DNA of 34,957 nucleotides from an uncultured Neptunicoccus sp. GTDB lineage: Bacteria; Pseudomonadota; Alphaproteobacteria; Rhodobacterales; Rhodobacteraceae. Position 1 is the stretch's first letter, and the number at the start of each line of letters is the position of its first letter. Positions 9,185 to 18,010 of the stretch are shown here, in pieces. Position numbers and translations under genes: made by a program. The notes beneath the pieces were generated by a model. That model was given only the letters and a program-made list of their open reading frames with translations. It did no database searches and was not told the DNA's origin. The DNA is taken from assembly GCA_964599255.1 (NCBI GenBank), contig CAZRFT010000229.1, forward strand, positions 1 to 34,957, given 5' to 3'.

Positions 9185-10012
9185 CTAAGGTTTAGAATAC
9201 TCAGGATTATACAATAGGCTAGGGATTTTCGCACGCGCCTCGGCCACCTGCGAGAAATCAATATCCATACAAGACACCCCTCTCTTCACACCCAAATCGC
9301 ATATCTTCTTACCCCAAGGGGAAATCACCATGGAGTGGCCCCAAGTCTCGCGCGTTTTGCCAGACGCTTGTCGGTGTAATCCAGTCTGTGCGGCCATTAC
9401 GACGAAGACGCCCGATTCTATGGCGCGTGCCTTTAATAGTGTTTCGATTTGTGCCGGACCTGTTGTAATAGAAAACGCCCCAGGCACCGCCAATATCTCT
9501 GCCCCTGCTAAAGCCAAATCTCTATATAAATGCGGGAAACGAATATCATAGCAGATGCTCATACCGAGCCGCAGGCCCTCCATGTCTGCCACAACCGCTG
9601 CGTTTCCAGCATGATATGCAGAGGACTCTTTGTAGATTTCCTGATTTGATATTGAAACATCAAACAAGTGGATTTTGTCATATCTCGCCGTAATCTGTCC
9701 CGAGGGATCCACAACAAAACCTCGATTAAAGAATTTTCCTTCTGCTCCCCCCTTAAGGGCGAGTGAACCGATATGAAGCCAGATTGAATTCTTCGCTGCC
9801 ACTTCCTGCAACGCGGCGAGCGTTGGGTCTGTTTCCTCGGGGTGAAGTATTTCCGCCTGTCGTCGACGGTCTGTGCAAATAAGGTTTGTAACTTCTGGGG
9901 TGAAAATGGCTGTTGCGCCATCAGCTACGGCAGCTTCGATCAATTCAATTGTCTGGGGAAGGTTCGCGGCTGGATCGTCAGAAACCGATAATTGAACAAC
10001 CCCGATACGCAT
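9185..10012 (-). CDS. Carbon-nitrogen hydrolase (Nit1-like, possible deaminated glutathione amidase)
   Basis: Catalytic triad motifs FTPE, YDKIHLFD, ICYDIRFP; ARAIE; GHSMVISPWG; next to grxC. Confidence 0.9.
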   Translation of the reverse strand: MRIGVVQLSVSDDPAANLPQTIELIEAAVADGATAIFTPEVTNLICTDRRRQAEILHPEETDPTLAALQEVAAKNSIWLHIGSLALKGGAEGKFFNRGFVVDPSGQITARYDKIHLFDVSISNQEIYKESSAYHAGNAAVVADMEGLRLGMSICYDIRFPHLYRDLALAGAEILAVPGAFSITTGPAQIETLLKARAIESGVFVVMAAQTGLHRQASGKTRETWGHSMVISPWGKKICDLGVKRGVSCMDIDFSQVAEARAKIPSLLYNPEYSKP

Positions 10013-10269
10013 TAATCAGCAAGTAGATGCATAAGTTTTCCTGCACGCTCCAATTTATAAAGATCGTCGCACCCACCGATGTGTAAATCGTTGATGAATA
10101 TCTGTGGCACGGTCCGGCTGCCATTTGCGCGTTGGATCATCTTTGCGCGAAGTGCTGGATCGCCATCCACAGGAATTTCGGTGAATTTCACACCTTTCTG
10201 GGTTAGCAGCCTTTTCGCAGCACTACAAAAACCACAAAGCTGACCAGTATAGATTTCGACATTCGCCAT
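10012..10269 (-). CDS. grxC: Glutaredoxin 3
   Basis: CGFC active site, RTVPQIFI, GGCDDL; SD CAGGAG. Confidence 0.95.
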   Translation of the reverse strand: MANVEIYTGQLCGFCSAAKRLLTQKGVKFTEIPVDGDPALRAKMIQRANGSRTVPQIFINDLHIGGCDDLYKLERAGKLMHLLAD

Positions 10270-10294
10270 GATGACGCTCCTGCTATTTCAACAC

Positions 10295-10323
10295 AGATAG
10301 GGCGTTCAAAGCGGTTTCGCAAC
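10295..10323 (-). promoter_or_regulatory. RpoH (sigma32)-type promoter for grxC, overlapping the comF 3' end
   Basis: Minus strand GTTG-N18-CCTATCT vs alphaproteobacterial RpoH consensus CTTG-N17/18-CCTATNT. Confidence 0.55.
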
Positions 10324-11061
10324 GCGGGCAAAGACCAATATGTTCACATCCCCGCTACCTGCATTCTTAAGTGCAAGCGCGCAGGCCGAGAGCGTTGCAC
10401 CAGTCGTCATCACATCATCGACCAACAAGATCCGTTTGCCTGCTATGAGGTCTTCGTATTTGCGATTAATACCAATGGCTTCCGTTTGGTTTTCAAAGCG
10501 GGTATCGCGATCCATTCCCTTTTGAACCACGGTTCGTTTTTTACGAACCAGCAAGTCCGGAATATGCAGCAGAGACTCGCGCTGCGAAATTTTTCCAGAA
10601 AGCAGTGCTGCTTGGTTGTATTTCCGGGATATCAATCGTCGCCAATGCAGGGGAACAGGGACAACAATATCAGCAACAAGGACATCGCGCCCGGCCGTAA
10701 TCATGTAATCGGCTAGGGGGCCAGCCAAATCCCAGCGGTCTGCATATTTTAAACTCATGATAACTTTGGCAGCACCCCCATCATAAAGCGCTGCGGCGCG
10801 TCCTCGCTGCCATTCAGCTGGCTGTTTTAGGCAGCTATCACAATGGATGGCTTCTTTAAGTTTTTCACCCAAAAGCGGCGTACCGCAGCTGTCGCAAACG
10901 GTCCCAAGAATAAATTGTGTTTCTGACCAACAACGCGCGCAAAACCCGTCCTCGGACAGTTCTTCCCCGCAAGCAAGGCAGAGCGGGGGGTAAAGCGCAC
11001 TGACCAAAGTAGCTGAAAATCGCTTTGCACGTGATCCAAAATTCCTGAATGCTTGAGACAT
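10306..11061 (-). CDS. comF: ComF family protein (double zinc ribbon plus phosphoribosyltransferase domain)
   Basis: Four CxxC pairs, VPVPLH..R.YNQA, LLVDDVMTTGAT. Confidence 0.93.
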   Translation of the reverse strand: MSQAFRNFGSRAKRFSATLVSALYPPLCLACGEELSEDGFCARCWSETQFILGTVCDSCGTPLLGEKLKEAIHCDSCLKQPAEWQRGRAAALYDGGAAKVIMSLKYADRWDLAGPLADYMITAGRDVLVADIVVPVPLHWRRLISRKYNQAALLSGKISQRESLLHIPDLLVRKKRTVVQKGMDRDTRFENQTEAIGINRKYEDLIAGKRILLVDDVMTTGATLSACALALKNAGSGDVNILVFARVAKPL

Positions 11062-11084
11062 AAGAAAATTTGCCGATTTTTAGG

Positions 11085-11099
11085 TAAAGAAATTGTTAA
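11085..11099 (-). promoter_or_regulatory. CtrA-box-like site upstream of comF
   Basis: Minus strand TTAA-CAATTTC-TTTA(C), one mismatch to TTAA-N7-TTAA(C), 24-38 bp upstream of the comF ATG. Confidence 0.5.
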
Positions 11100-11187
11100 T
11101 TCGAAATCGACTATTAAAGCGGCGGATTTGTCCCATTTTATTTCATCAAAATTTGGGTTAGGTCGGCTGAAAGAAATTTGGGAAAGC

Positions 11188-12234
11188 ATGGACACGATCA
11201 CTCAATTCGAAGATCGCGACTACGATTGCGGCAATACGTTAACGCCCAAGACGGGCGTGGTTTTGGTGAATTTGGGAACGCCAGATGGAACGGATTATTG
11301 GTCCATGCGGCGCTACTTGTCGGAATTTTTATCCGATAAGCGTGTCGTCGATCTAAACCCATGGTTCTGGCAGCCGCTCTTGCAATTGATCATTTTGACA
11401 AAGCGCCCGTTTTCAAGTGGTGAGGCATATCGGTCAATTTGGAATACCGAAAAGGATGAAAGTCCCCTGTTAACCATCACGCGAGATCAGACAAAAAAAG
11501 TATCTGCGGCACTAAAGAAACTTTATGGAGATAAAGTGGTCGTTGATTTTGCGATGCGCTACGGCAATCCATCCACGAAATCGGTACTGGAAAACCTTTA
11601 TTCTCAGGGCTGTGATCGGATTGTTTGGTTTCCGCTTTATCCACAATATGCAGCACCCACGACGGCAACTGCAAATGATCAAGCATTCCGCGCTTTAATG
11701 GAAATGCGTTGGCAGCCAGCATTTCGTACTGTGCCCGCATATTATGATCATCCAAAATATATTGAAGCATTGGCGCAATCAGTGAAGCGCGCCTATAAGC
11801 GGCTAAAGAGAAAACCAGACGCGCTGGTCTGTTCTTACCACGGCGTACCGAAGCGATATGTCGAGCTTGGCGATCCATATGCTTGCCAATGTCTTGAGAC
11901 GACAGATGCTCTTCAAGCCTCACTCGGTTGGCCAAAAGAGAAGATCGTCAGCACATTTCAGTCCCGCTTTGGAAAAGAAGAGTGGATGCAGCCCTATACG
12001 GTCGAAGAAGTGGCAGAACTAGCGCGAGCAGGTAAGAAAAATATCGCCGTGATTGCGCCCGCTTTTTCCGCGGATTGCGTTGAAACGCTGGAAGAGATTA
12101 ACGAAGAAATTAAAGAAGCCTTTGAAGAGGCCGGAGGCGAGAGCTTTACCTACATACCCTGTCTAAACGACGAAAAGCTGCATATCGAGATGATGGTCGA
12201 TATTTTGCAAAGCGAACTACAGGGATGGCTTTAG
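11188..12234 (+). CDS. hemH: Ferrochelatase
   Basis: LVNLGTP, FLSDKRVVD, AMRYGNP, PLYPQY, SYHGVP, FQSRFG, FSADCVETLEE, PCLND; start moved to ATG 11188. Confidence 0.97.
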   Translation: MDTITQFEDRDYDCGNTLTPKTGVVLVNLGTPDGTDYWSMRRYLSEFLSDKRVVDLNPWFWQPLLQLIILTKRPFSSGEAYRSIWNTEKDESPLLTITRDQTKKVSAALKKLYGDKVVVDFAMRYGNPSTKSVLENLYSQGCDRIVWFPLYPQYAAPTTATANDQAFRALMEMRWQPAFRTVPAYYDHPKYIEALAQSVKRAYKRLKRKPDALVCSYHGVPKRYVELGDPYACQCLETTDALQASLGWPKEKIVSTFQSRFGKEEWMQPYTVEEVAELARAGKKNIAVIAPAFSADCVETLEEINEEIKEAFEEAGGESFTYIPCLNDEKLHIEMMVDILQSELQGWL

Positions 12235-13466
12235 TCGGGCTTATCGACTGCACCGCCAGCAAAGGCATTGCCATTAACATAGTCGCACGGCTCGTCACGC
12301 ATTTCTAAATGCAAACCCGTCCCGTGATATGGATTGGCCCGCGCGAGCTCCTCATCAAATTCGATACCTAGACCTGGCGCCTCTGAGGGAATGACAAATC
12401 CCTCTTCCCAACGAATGCTGTTATTCACCAGCTCACCATGGAACCCGTCGCCTGTTCGAATACTTTCAAGCAGCAGAAGATTGGGGATATTCGCAGCCAG
12501 CTGAATGTTCGCCGCCCATTCAACAGGGCCTGCGTAAAGATGCGGTGCCATCTGGGCGTTATAAGCCTCTGCGATGGCGGCAATCTTTTTAGTTTCTAGA
12601 ATGCCACCAGAGCGCCCAAGTGCAGGCTGAAGAATCGAGGCAGCACCAGCATGAAGAAGTGGCGTGAATTCTGCTTTGGTTGTCAGGCGTTCGCCCGTGG
12701 CAACAGGAATACGGATTTGGCGGGCAACTTGAGCCATGGATCCGACACTATCAGGCGGCACAGGTTCTTCGAACCAAAGTGGATCATAGGGTTCGATCGC
12801 GCGGCCCAAGCGTAACGCTCCAGCGGTCGAGAATTGACCATGTGTGCCAAAGAGCAGGTCCGCCTTCGTGCCCACGGCCTCTCTAATCGCAGCGCACATA
12901 CGAACCGACAGATCAATGTCAGTTCTGGCAGGCATGTGGCCACCGCGCATAGTGTAAGGCCCAGCAGGGTCAAATTTCAGGGCAGTAAAACCCAGTTTGA
13001 CCATCTCACTTGCAGACTCGGCATGCTGTTCGGGGCTAATCCAATAGTTCTCGTCATGATGGGGTAATGGGTAGAGGTAGGTATAGCTTCGTATCCGCTC
13101 GTTCATTTTCCCGCCTAAAAGCGCGTAGACGGGCCTTTCATGTGCTTTGCCTAAAATATCCCAGCATGCAATCTCTAGCCCTGAAAAGGCGCCCATGACC
13201 GATAAGTCGGGGCGCTGGGTAAAACCACTGGAATAGGCACGGCGAAACATTTTTTCAATATCTTCGGGGTTTTCCCCCTGCATATGGCGGGTGAAGACGT
13301 CCTTTATCACATGGGTCATCGCCTCTGGACCAACTGACGCGCCATAGACTTCTCCAATACCTGTGATGCCATTGTCAGTTGTGACTTTGACGAAGATGAA
13401 ATAGCGCCCACCCCATTCCCCAGGGCGGTTTCCAGTTACGATTACGTCAAGATCTTGTAGTTTCAT
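12231..13466 (-). CDS. Mandelate racemase/muconate lactonizing enzyme family protein (galactonate-dehydratase-like, substrate unknown)
   Basis: KVTTDNGITGIGE, EIACWDILGK..PVYALLGG, KFD, WFEEP, ATGER, APH. Confidence 0.9.
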   Translation of the reverse strand: MKLQDLDVIVTGNRPGEWGGRYFIFVKVTTDNGITGIGEVYGASVGPEAMTHVIKDVFTRHMQGENPEDIEKMFRRAYSSGFTQRPDLSVMGAFSGLEIACWDILGKAHERPVYALLGGKMNERIRSYTYLYPLPHHDENYWISPEQHAESASEMVKLGFTALKFDPAGPYTMRGGHMPARTDIDLSVRMCAAIREAVGTKADLLFGTHGQFSTAGALRLGRAIEPYDPLWFEEPVPPDSVGSMAQVARQIRIPVATGERLTTKAEFTPLLHAGAASILQPALGRSGGILETKKIAAIAEAYNAQMAPHLYAGPVEWAANIQLAANIPNLLLLESIRTGDGFHGELVNNSIRWEEGFVIPSEAPGLGIEFDEELARANPYHGTGLHLEMRDEPCDYVNGNAFAGGAVDKPD

Positions 13467-13528
13467 GAGGCAAGCCTAGGAGCAATTTGGTGCAGGGAAT
13501 ATCCTAAATGCGCCACCTCTATGCCGCT

Positions 13529-14083
13529 CTAGCGAGGTTCGCGTTTGGCAAGGATACGCTGAAGGGTTCGGCGATGCATATTAAGCCTGCGCGCAGTTTC
13601 AGAAACGTTGCGGTCACAAAGCTCATAGACCCTTTGAATATGCTCCCAACGCACGCGATCGGCTGACATTGGATTTTCGGGCGGTGGTGGTCGATCGCCT
13701 TCGGCCGCAAGCAATGCGTTGGTGACATCATTTGCATCGGCAGGTTTGGAAAGATAATCTGTGGCACCGATTTTAACCGCTGCAACTGCTGTAGCGATCG
13801 CGCCGTAACCCGTCAGAACAATAATGCGCGCATCCTCGCGGCGCTCGCGCAGAAGTTCAACGACCTCTAACCCATTCCCGTCTTCAAGGCGTAGATCGAC
13901 AACAGCGTATTTTGGTGGCGTCGCGGAACAGAATGCCCGACCCGCTGCAACCGATTCTAACGCGGTAGGTGCGAAGCCCCGTTTTTCCATCGCGCGCGCC
14001 AGGCGCCTGCGAAAGGGTTCATCATCGTCGAGTATCATCAATGAATTGTCAGTATCGATTTCGAGCAATTCAGTGTCTGTCAT
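13529..14083 (-). CDS. regA: Redox response regulator RegA/PrrA/ActR
   Basis: LDDD..VVDLRL..LTGYGAIATAV; PPPPENPMSADRVRWEHIQR..NVSETARRLNMHRRTLQRILAKR; start ATG 14083 after GGAGAG. Confidence 0.97.
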   Translation of the reverse strand: MTDTELLEIDTDNSLMILDDDEPFRRRLARAMEKRGFAPTALESVAAGRAFCSATPPKYAVVDLRLEDGNGLEVVELLRERREDARIIVLTGYGAIATAVAAVKIGATDYLSKPADANDVTNALLAAEGDRPPPPENPMSADRVRWEHIQRVYELCDRNVSETARRLNMHRRTLQRILAKREPR

Positions 14084-14104
14084 GGCCTTCTCTCCGGTCA
14101 TCTT

Positions 14105-14133
14105 AATCTAAGAAAGGTGCAAAGGAAGGTCAA
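14105..14133 (-). promoter_or_regulatory. Sigma70-type promoter for regA
   Basis: Minus strand TTGACC-N17-TAGATT in the senC-regA gap. Confidence 0.55.
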
Positions 14134-14138
14134 ACGTA

Positions 14139-14747
14139 TTAGCGGGTCTGACTGGCCAAACAGGTGATCGTCTCTGCAACCCGTTCGGGCGTGGCGTCTG
14201 TTCGAAAAAAGGTCCTGAATCCTGTTTCGTCCATAAGGTAACTATGTGTGGAATGATCAACCAAATAGTCCTGATCCGCATCGCCATTTTTGCGGTAAAA
14301 AACCCTGTAAGCTTTGGCAGCGGTTGCCACCTGCTCGGCGTTGCCCGTTAGGCCAATTAGTCTTGAATCATACGCTTTTACATAGTCGGCAACAACGTCT
14401 GGCGTATCACGGGCGGGATCAATGGAAATAAAAACGGGTGTGACATCAACGCCATCGATGCTGGCCAGATCAACAGCCGCAAGGTTGCGCGCTAAATCCA
14501 GAGGGCAAAAATCTGGACAATAAGTGAACCCAAAATACAGCAGCGTAAGACCGTCAATCACGTCTGCTTCACTACGCAGCGCACCCGTATGATCGAGCAG
14601 TTCAAATGGGCCGCCGATCAGATCCTCGCTTGCCACGCGTGTATCTGTGCATGAATTTTGTTCGGTTCTAAAATACGCAAAATATACCAGAACGGCCAAT
14701 AGTACCGACATAGAGATGCTGCTTAGTATGGCGAGTTTTTTGTCCAT
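14139..14747 (-). CDS. senC: SCO1/SenC/PrrC copper chaperone
   Basis: N-terminal TM helix, IGGPFEL.D, GFTYCPDFCP (CxxxC), ISIDPARD, VDHS; lies between regA and regB. Confidence 0.93.
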   Translation of the reverse strand: MDKKLAILSSISMSVLLAVLVYFAYFRTEQNSCTDTRVASEDLIGGPFELLDHTGALRSEADVIDGLTLLYFGFTYCPDFCPLDLARNLAAVDLASIDGVDVTPVFISIDPARDTPDVVADYVKAYDSRLIGLTGNAEQVATAAKAYRVFYRKNGDADQDYLVDHSTHSYLMDETGFRTFFRTDATPERVAETITCLASQTR

Positions 14748-14818
14748 TTCACGACCTTCAATTCTGGTCAAATAATACGCTCTGATCTAACGTGAGGCCA
14801 GTATGTTCAAGGCAAAAC

Positions 14819-16225
14819 ATGACCCAAGACGGTAACATTATCGGGCGTGAACGCAGCTTTGGCCTGAATTCCAATCAGGTTCGAGGCGAATGGGTGCTTA
14901 AGCAAACTTTGGTTTTGCTTCGCTGGCTCGCGATCATTGGACAATCCTTTACGCTGATCGTGTGCATTGTGTACTTGGAGCTTTTGGTCAACATTTGGGC
15001 CTGTATCGCTGCGATAGGGATATTAGCCGTCTACAATTTGTATTTAAGTTTCGTGACGCAGCGCGGGGCCAGGTTAACCTCGAAAGAAGCCTTAACAAGC
15101 CTTAGCATCGATTTAACCCAACTTCTCTTTATGCTCTATCTAACGGGGGGTCTTTCCAACCCGTTTGCTCTTCTCTTACTCGCACCGGTAACGATATCAG
15201 CGACGACGTTACGGGTTCGTGCGACCATGTTTTTGGTCGCTGTCGCTGTTGTTGGCATCACCTTGCTCGCGTATCTTAGCGCACCGATGAAATTTAGCGA
15301 CGGAAGACTTATTGAGCTCTCCGCAATTCAAACTTGGGGCATCTGGTTCTCACTGACTTTTGGTTTTGTATTTCTGTCTGCATATGCAAGGCGCGTGACC
15401 CTAGAAATTTATTCAATGTCAGAAGCGCTCTCTGCAACTCAAATGGCATTGGAGCGGGAACATAAATTGACCCTTTTGGGGGGCGTTGTTTCCGCTGCGG
15501 CGCATGAAATGGGTACGCCACTCGCGACGATCAAAATGGCTGCGACTGAGTTGGAAGAGGAGCTGCATGATAAAGCCGAGCTTCAGGACGACGCCAAGTT
15601 GATCAAAGAACAAGCCGTGCGCCTGTCAGAAATATTGAAGGATATGGGGCAGACTGGGAAAGAGGATTTGCATGTGAAATCCGCGCCATTCCCATCGGTC
15701 GTACAGGAAGCTGCTGCCCCCCATGAAAATAGAGGAAAGAAGGTTCTGCTGTTAGCAAAGGGGAAAAAGGAGATCGCAAAACTCAAATCCATTCCCACGA
15801 TCCCGCGACGACCTGAAATAATTCATGGCCTCCGGAACCTGATCCAAAATGCCGTTGATTTTTCGGAAAAGACCGTATGCATTGATATCGATTGGAATGA
15901 TCAAGAATTGCGTGTGCATATATCCGATGACGGCCCGGGATTTCCTTATGAATTAACCGGCTTGCTTGGGGATCCGCTATCGCGCCGACTTCGCCCCGGT
16001 AGCCGTTCGCTGCGTCCTGAATATGAGGGCATGGGACTTGGGTTGTTCATTGCCAAGACTTTGTTGGAACGATCTGGCGCGACGCTAGAGTTTTTTAATG
16101 ATATCAGAAATTTAAAATCAGAAGTGAAGCATTTGGATGGGGCGAATGTTCGCGTATCCTGGCCACTTTCCGCCTTTGAACAAAACATTGATATTGGAAA
16201 CAAGAACCCAAAAATCAGCCTCTAA
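14819..16225 (+). CDS. regB: Redox sensor histidine kinase RegB/PrrB/ActS
   Basis: LRWLAI, several TM helices, quinone motif GGLSNPF, H-box AAAHEMGTPLATI, NLIQNAVDF, DDGPGF, GMGLGLFIA; start moved to ATG 14819. Confidence 0.95.
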   Translation: MTQDGNIIGRERSFGLNSNQVRGEWVLKQTLVLLRWLAIIGQSFTLIVCIVYLELLVNIWACIAAIGILAVYNLYLSFVTQRGARLTSKEALTSLSIDLTQLLFMLYLTGGLSNPFALLLLAPVTISATTLRVRATMFLVAVAVVGITLLAYLSAPMKFSDGRLIELSAIQTWGIWFSLTFGFVFLSAYARRVTLEIYSMSEALSATQMALEREHKLTLLGGVVSAAAHEMGTPLATIKMAATELEEELHDKAELQDDAKLIKEQAVRLSEILKDMGQTGKEDLHVKSAPFPSVVQEAAAPHENRGKKVLLLAKGKKEIAKLKSIPTIPRRPEIIHGLRNLIQNAVDFSEKTVCIDIDWNDQELRVHISDDGPGFPYELTGLLGDPLSRRLRPGSRSLRPEYEGMGLGLFIAKTLLERSGATLEFFNDIRNLKSEVKHLDGANVRVSWPLSAFEQNIDIGNKNPKISL

Positions 16226-16236
16226 GAATCTCTAGA

Positions 16237-16251
16237 TTAACAAATTGTTAA
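16237..16251. promoter_or_regulatory. CtrA binding box
   Basis: Exact TTAA-CAAATTG-TTAA (TTAA-N7-TTAA) upstream of the DivL-like gene; extra GGTTAA half-site at 16267-16272. Confidence 0.7.
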
Positions 16252-16287
16252 TGCCTCCGTGAAAAAGGTTAAGAACAAGTTTAGAGA

Positions 16288-17496
16288 TTGGAATTCACCT
16301 TGGAAGGTTTCTCGACTCTCGAAATTGCTATGTTTGTCGCGCTGACCATCTGTTCGATCGGCATCGGTTACTATGTGACGTCGATTATTGCACAAGCGGA
16401 TAAAATATCAGATCTCTCAGCACGTGAAATTTTAGATGCGACCCCGGTAATGATTTGGTCAGAACGGGGCAATCACGTAAGCTGGTCAAACGCCAGTTTT
16501 CAAAAACTTTGCGCCACAAGCAAACGCGATATTCGGTTTCGAGATTTTATTCTAGATATGAATATGAAGGGTGATGAAAAAACAAAAATCGCCCGACTGC
16601 CTGCCCAAAAAGATCAACCAGAGATGATTTTCGAGCTATCCCGCCGGGAGCTCGAGGGGCTAATTGTCTACTCCGCTACTGCAGCGACCCGGCTCACAGC
16701 GGCGGAGGAAGAGCGGCAGAGATTCATTCAAATATTAAGCGAAACCTTCGCCCATTTACCGGTCGGAATTGCTGTATTTGATAAAAATCGTGACCTAAGC
16801 CTTTTCAATCCTGCCCTTGTGGAATTTTTGGAATGCGCCTCTTCGTGGCTTGCGAAAAGCCCGTCGCTTCGATCGTTTTTGGATCATTTACATGACGTGG
16901 GTCTTTTGCCTGAACCCAGAGACTACAAAAGCTGGCGCGAACAAATCATCGACATGGAAGAAAGTGCGACCTCTGGCACCTACCATGAAGATTGGTACCT
17001 TCCGAATTCGCGGGTTTTGCGCGTCACTGGGCGGCCACACCCCAAGGGTTCTGTTGTGTTTTTGTTCGAAGATATTACGCGTGCCGTCTCCATCGAGCGG
17101 GATTATCGAGTGGAGTTGGAACGATACCATGCCGTCTTTGATAGTCTTGATGCAGGTGCAGCTTTGTTTGACCAAACGGGGCGGCTCACCTTCGTGAACC
17201 ATGCGTTTGATGCACTGTGGGGATCTAATTTTTTAGAAAGCCTCGAAAATCCCGACATCGCTGATCTGACCGTTTTCTGGCAATCAAAATCGCAACCTGA
17301 TCCTATTTTTGGAGAAATTCGAGACTTTCAACGGCAAAATGGTGAACGCGTAAATTGGAGTGGAAAAATTCAATTAAAGACTGGTCAGGGGCTGTTTGTT
17401 GGTATTACGCCGCTGCCAGACAACTCAATATTTGTTGAATTTTCACCCGTCACATCAGATTTGAACCTCTTGGAACCTCAAAAAGAAAGCGCCTGA
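16288..17496 (+). CDS. divL: PAS-domain protein, truncated DivL homolog lacking kinase domains
   Basis: N-terminal TM helix, PAS repeats (ETFAHLPVGIAVFD..LFNPA; LPEPRDYKSWR; VFLFEDIT), no H-box or HATPase. The regB-tsaE position is where Rhodobacter capsulatus divL lies (recalled). Confidence 0.72.
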   Translation: MEFTLEGFSTLEIAMFVALTICSIGIGYYVTSIIAQADKISDLSAREILDATPVMIWSERGNHVSWSNASFQKLCATSKRDIRFRDFILDMNMKGDEKTKIARLPAQKDQPEMIFELSRRELEGLIVYSATAATRLTAAEEERQRFIQILSETFAHLPVGIAVFDKNRDLSLFNPALVEFLECASSWLAKSPSLRSFLDHLHDVGLLPEPRDYKSWREQIIDMEESATSGTYHEDWYLPNSRVLRVTGRPHPKGSVVFLFEDITRAVSIERDYRVELERYHAVFDSLDAGAALFDQTGRLTFVNHAFDALWGSNFLESLENPDIADLTVFWQSKSQPDPIFGEIRDFQRQNGERVNWSGKIQLKTGQGLFVGITPLPDNSIFVEFSPVTSDLNLLEPQKESA

Positions 17497-17548
17497 TCCC
17501 TTGCGAGCTTGGCTTTGATTGCCTAACCCTATTAGGGAGGAGCAATCG

Positions 17549-18010
17549 GTGCAGGCACAGCTAACACTACGATCAGAAAGTGATACAGAAACCCTCGCTC
17601 AAAGTCTTTCAAAAGTGCTGGGCGCGGGCGATGTCATCTTTCTTGAAGGTGATCTTGGCGCAGGAAAGACATTCTTTGCGCGGGCATTGATTCAAACCCT
17701 GATGGGGATCGAAGGAAATGTTGAGGATGTGCCATCACCAAGTTTTACCCTGGTTCAATCCTATGAGTTTCAAAACTTTGATGTCTGGCATGTGGATTTA
17801 TATCGCTTGCAAACCGCAGATTCTTATGAGTTGGGGTTAGATGACGCATGTCTGACAAGTTTATTGCTGATCGAATGGCCAGATCGTTTGGGCGGATCCC
17901 TTGAACCTAGTTTAACCCTAGCTTTCACGAACGCCTCTGATGACCAACGTGGTTTAAATGCGGTTTGGCGGGATGAAAAATTCAAACCAATTTTCGAAGG
18001 GCTGATATGA
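17549..18010 (+). CDS. tsaE: tRNA t6A biosynthesis ATPase TsaE
   Basis: GDLGAGKT, SPSFTLVQSY, HVDLYRL, IEWP; GTG start after SD AGGGAGG. Confidence 0.95.
   Translation: MQAQLTLRSESDTETLAQSLSKVLGAGDVIFLEGDLGAGKTFFARALIQTLMGIEGNVEDVPSPSFTLVQSYEFQNFDVWHVDLYRLQTADSYELGLDDACLTSLLLIEWPDRLGGSLEPSLTLAFTNASDDQRGLNAVWRDEKFKPIFEGLI

Noticed and set aside
11053-11187. 45-codon N-terminal extension of hemH
   Set aside because: Overlaps the comF start and its promoter region; ferrochelatase-like sequence begins after ATG 11188
11637-11645. Perfect DnaA box TTATCCACA
   Set aside because: Falls in the conserved PLYPQY codons of hemH; an isolated 9-mer can occur by chance
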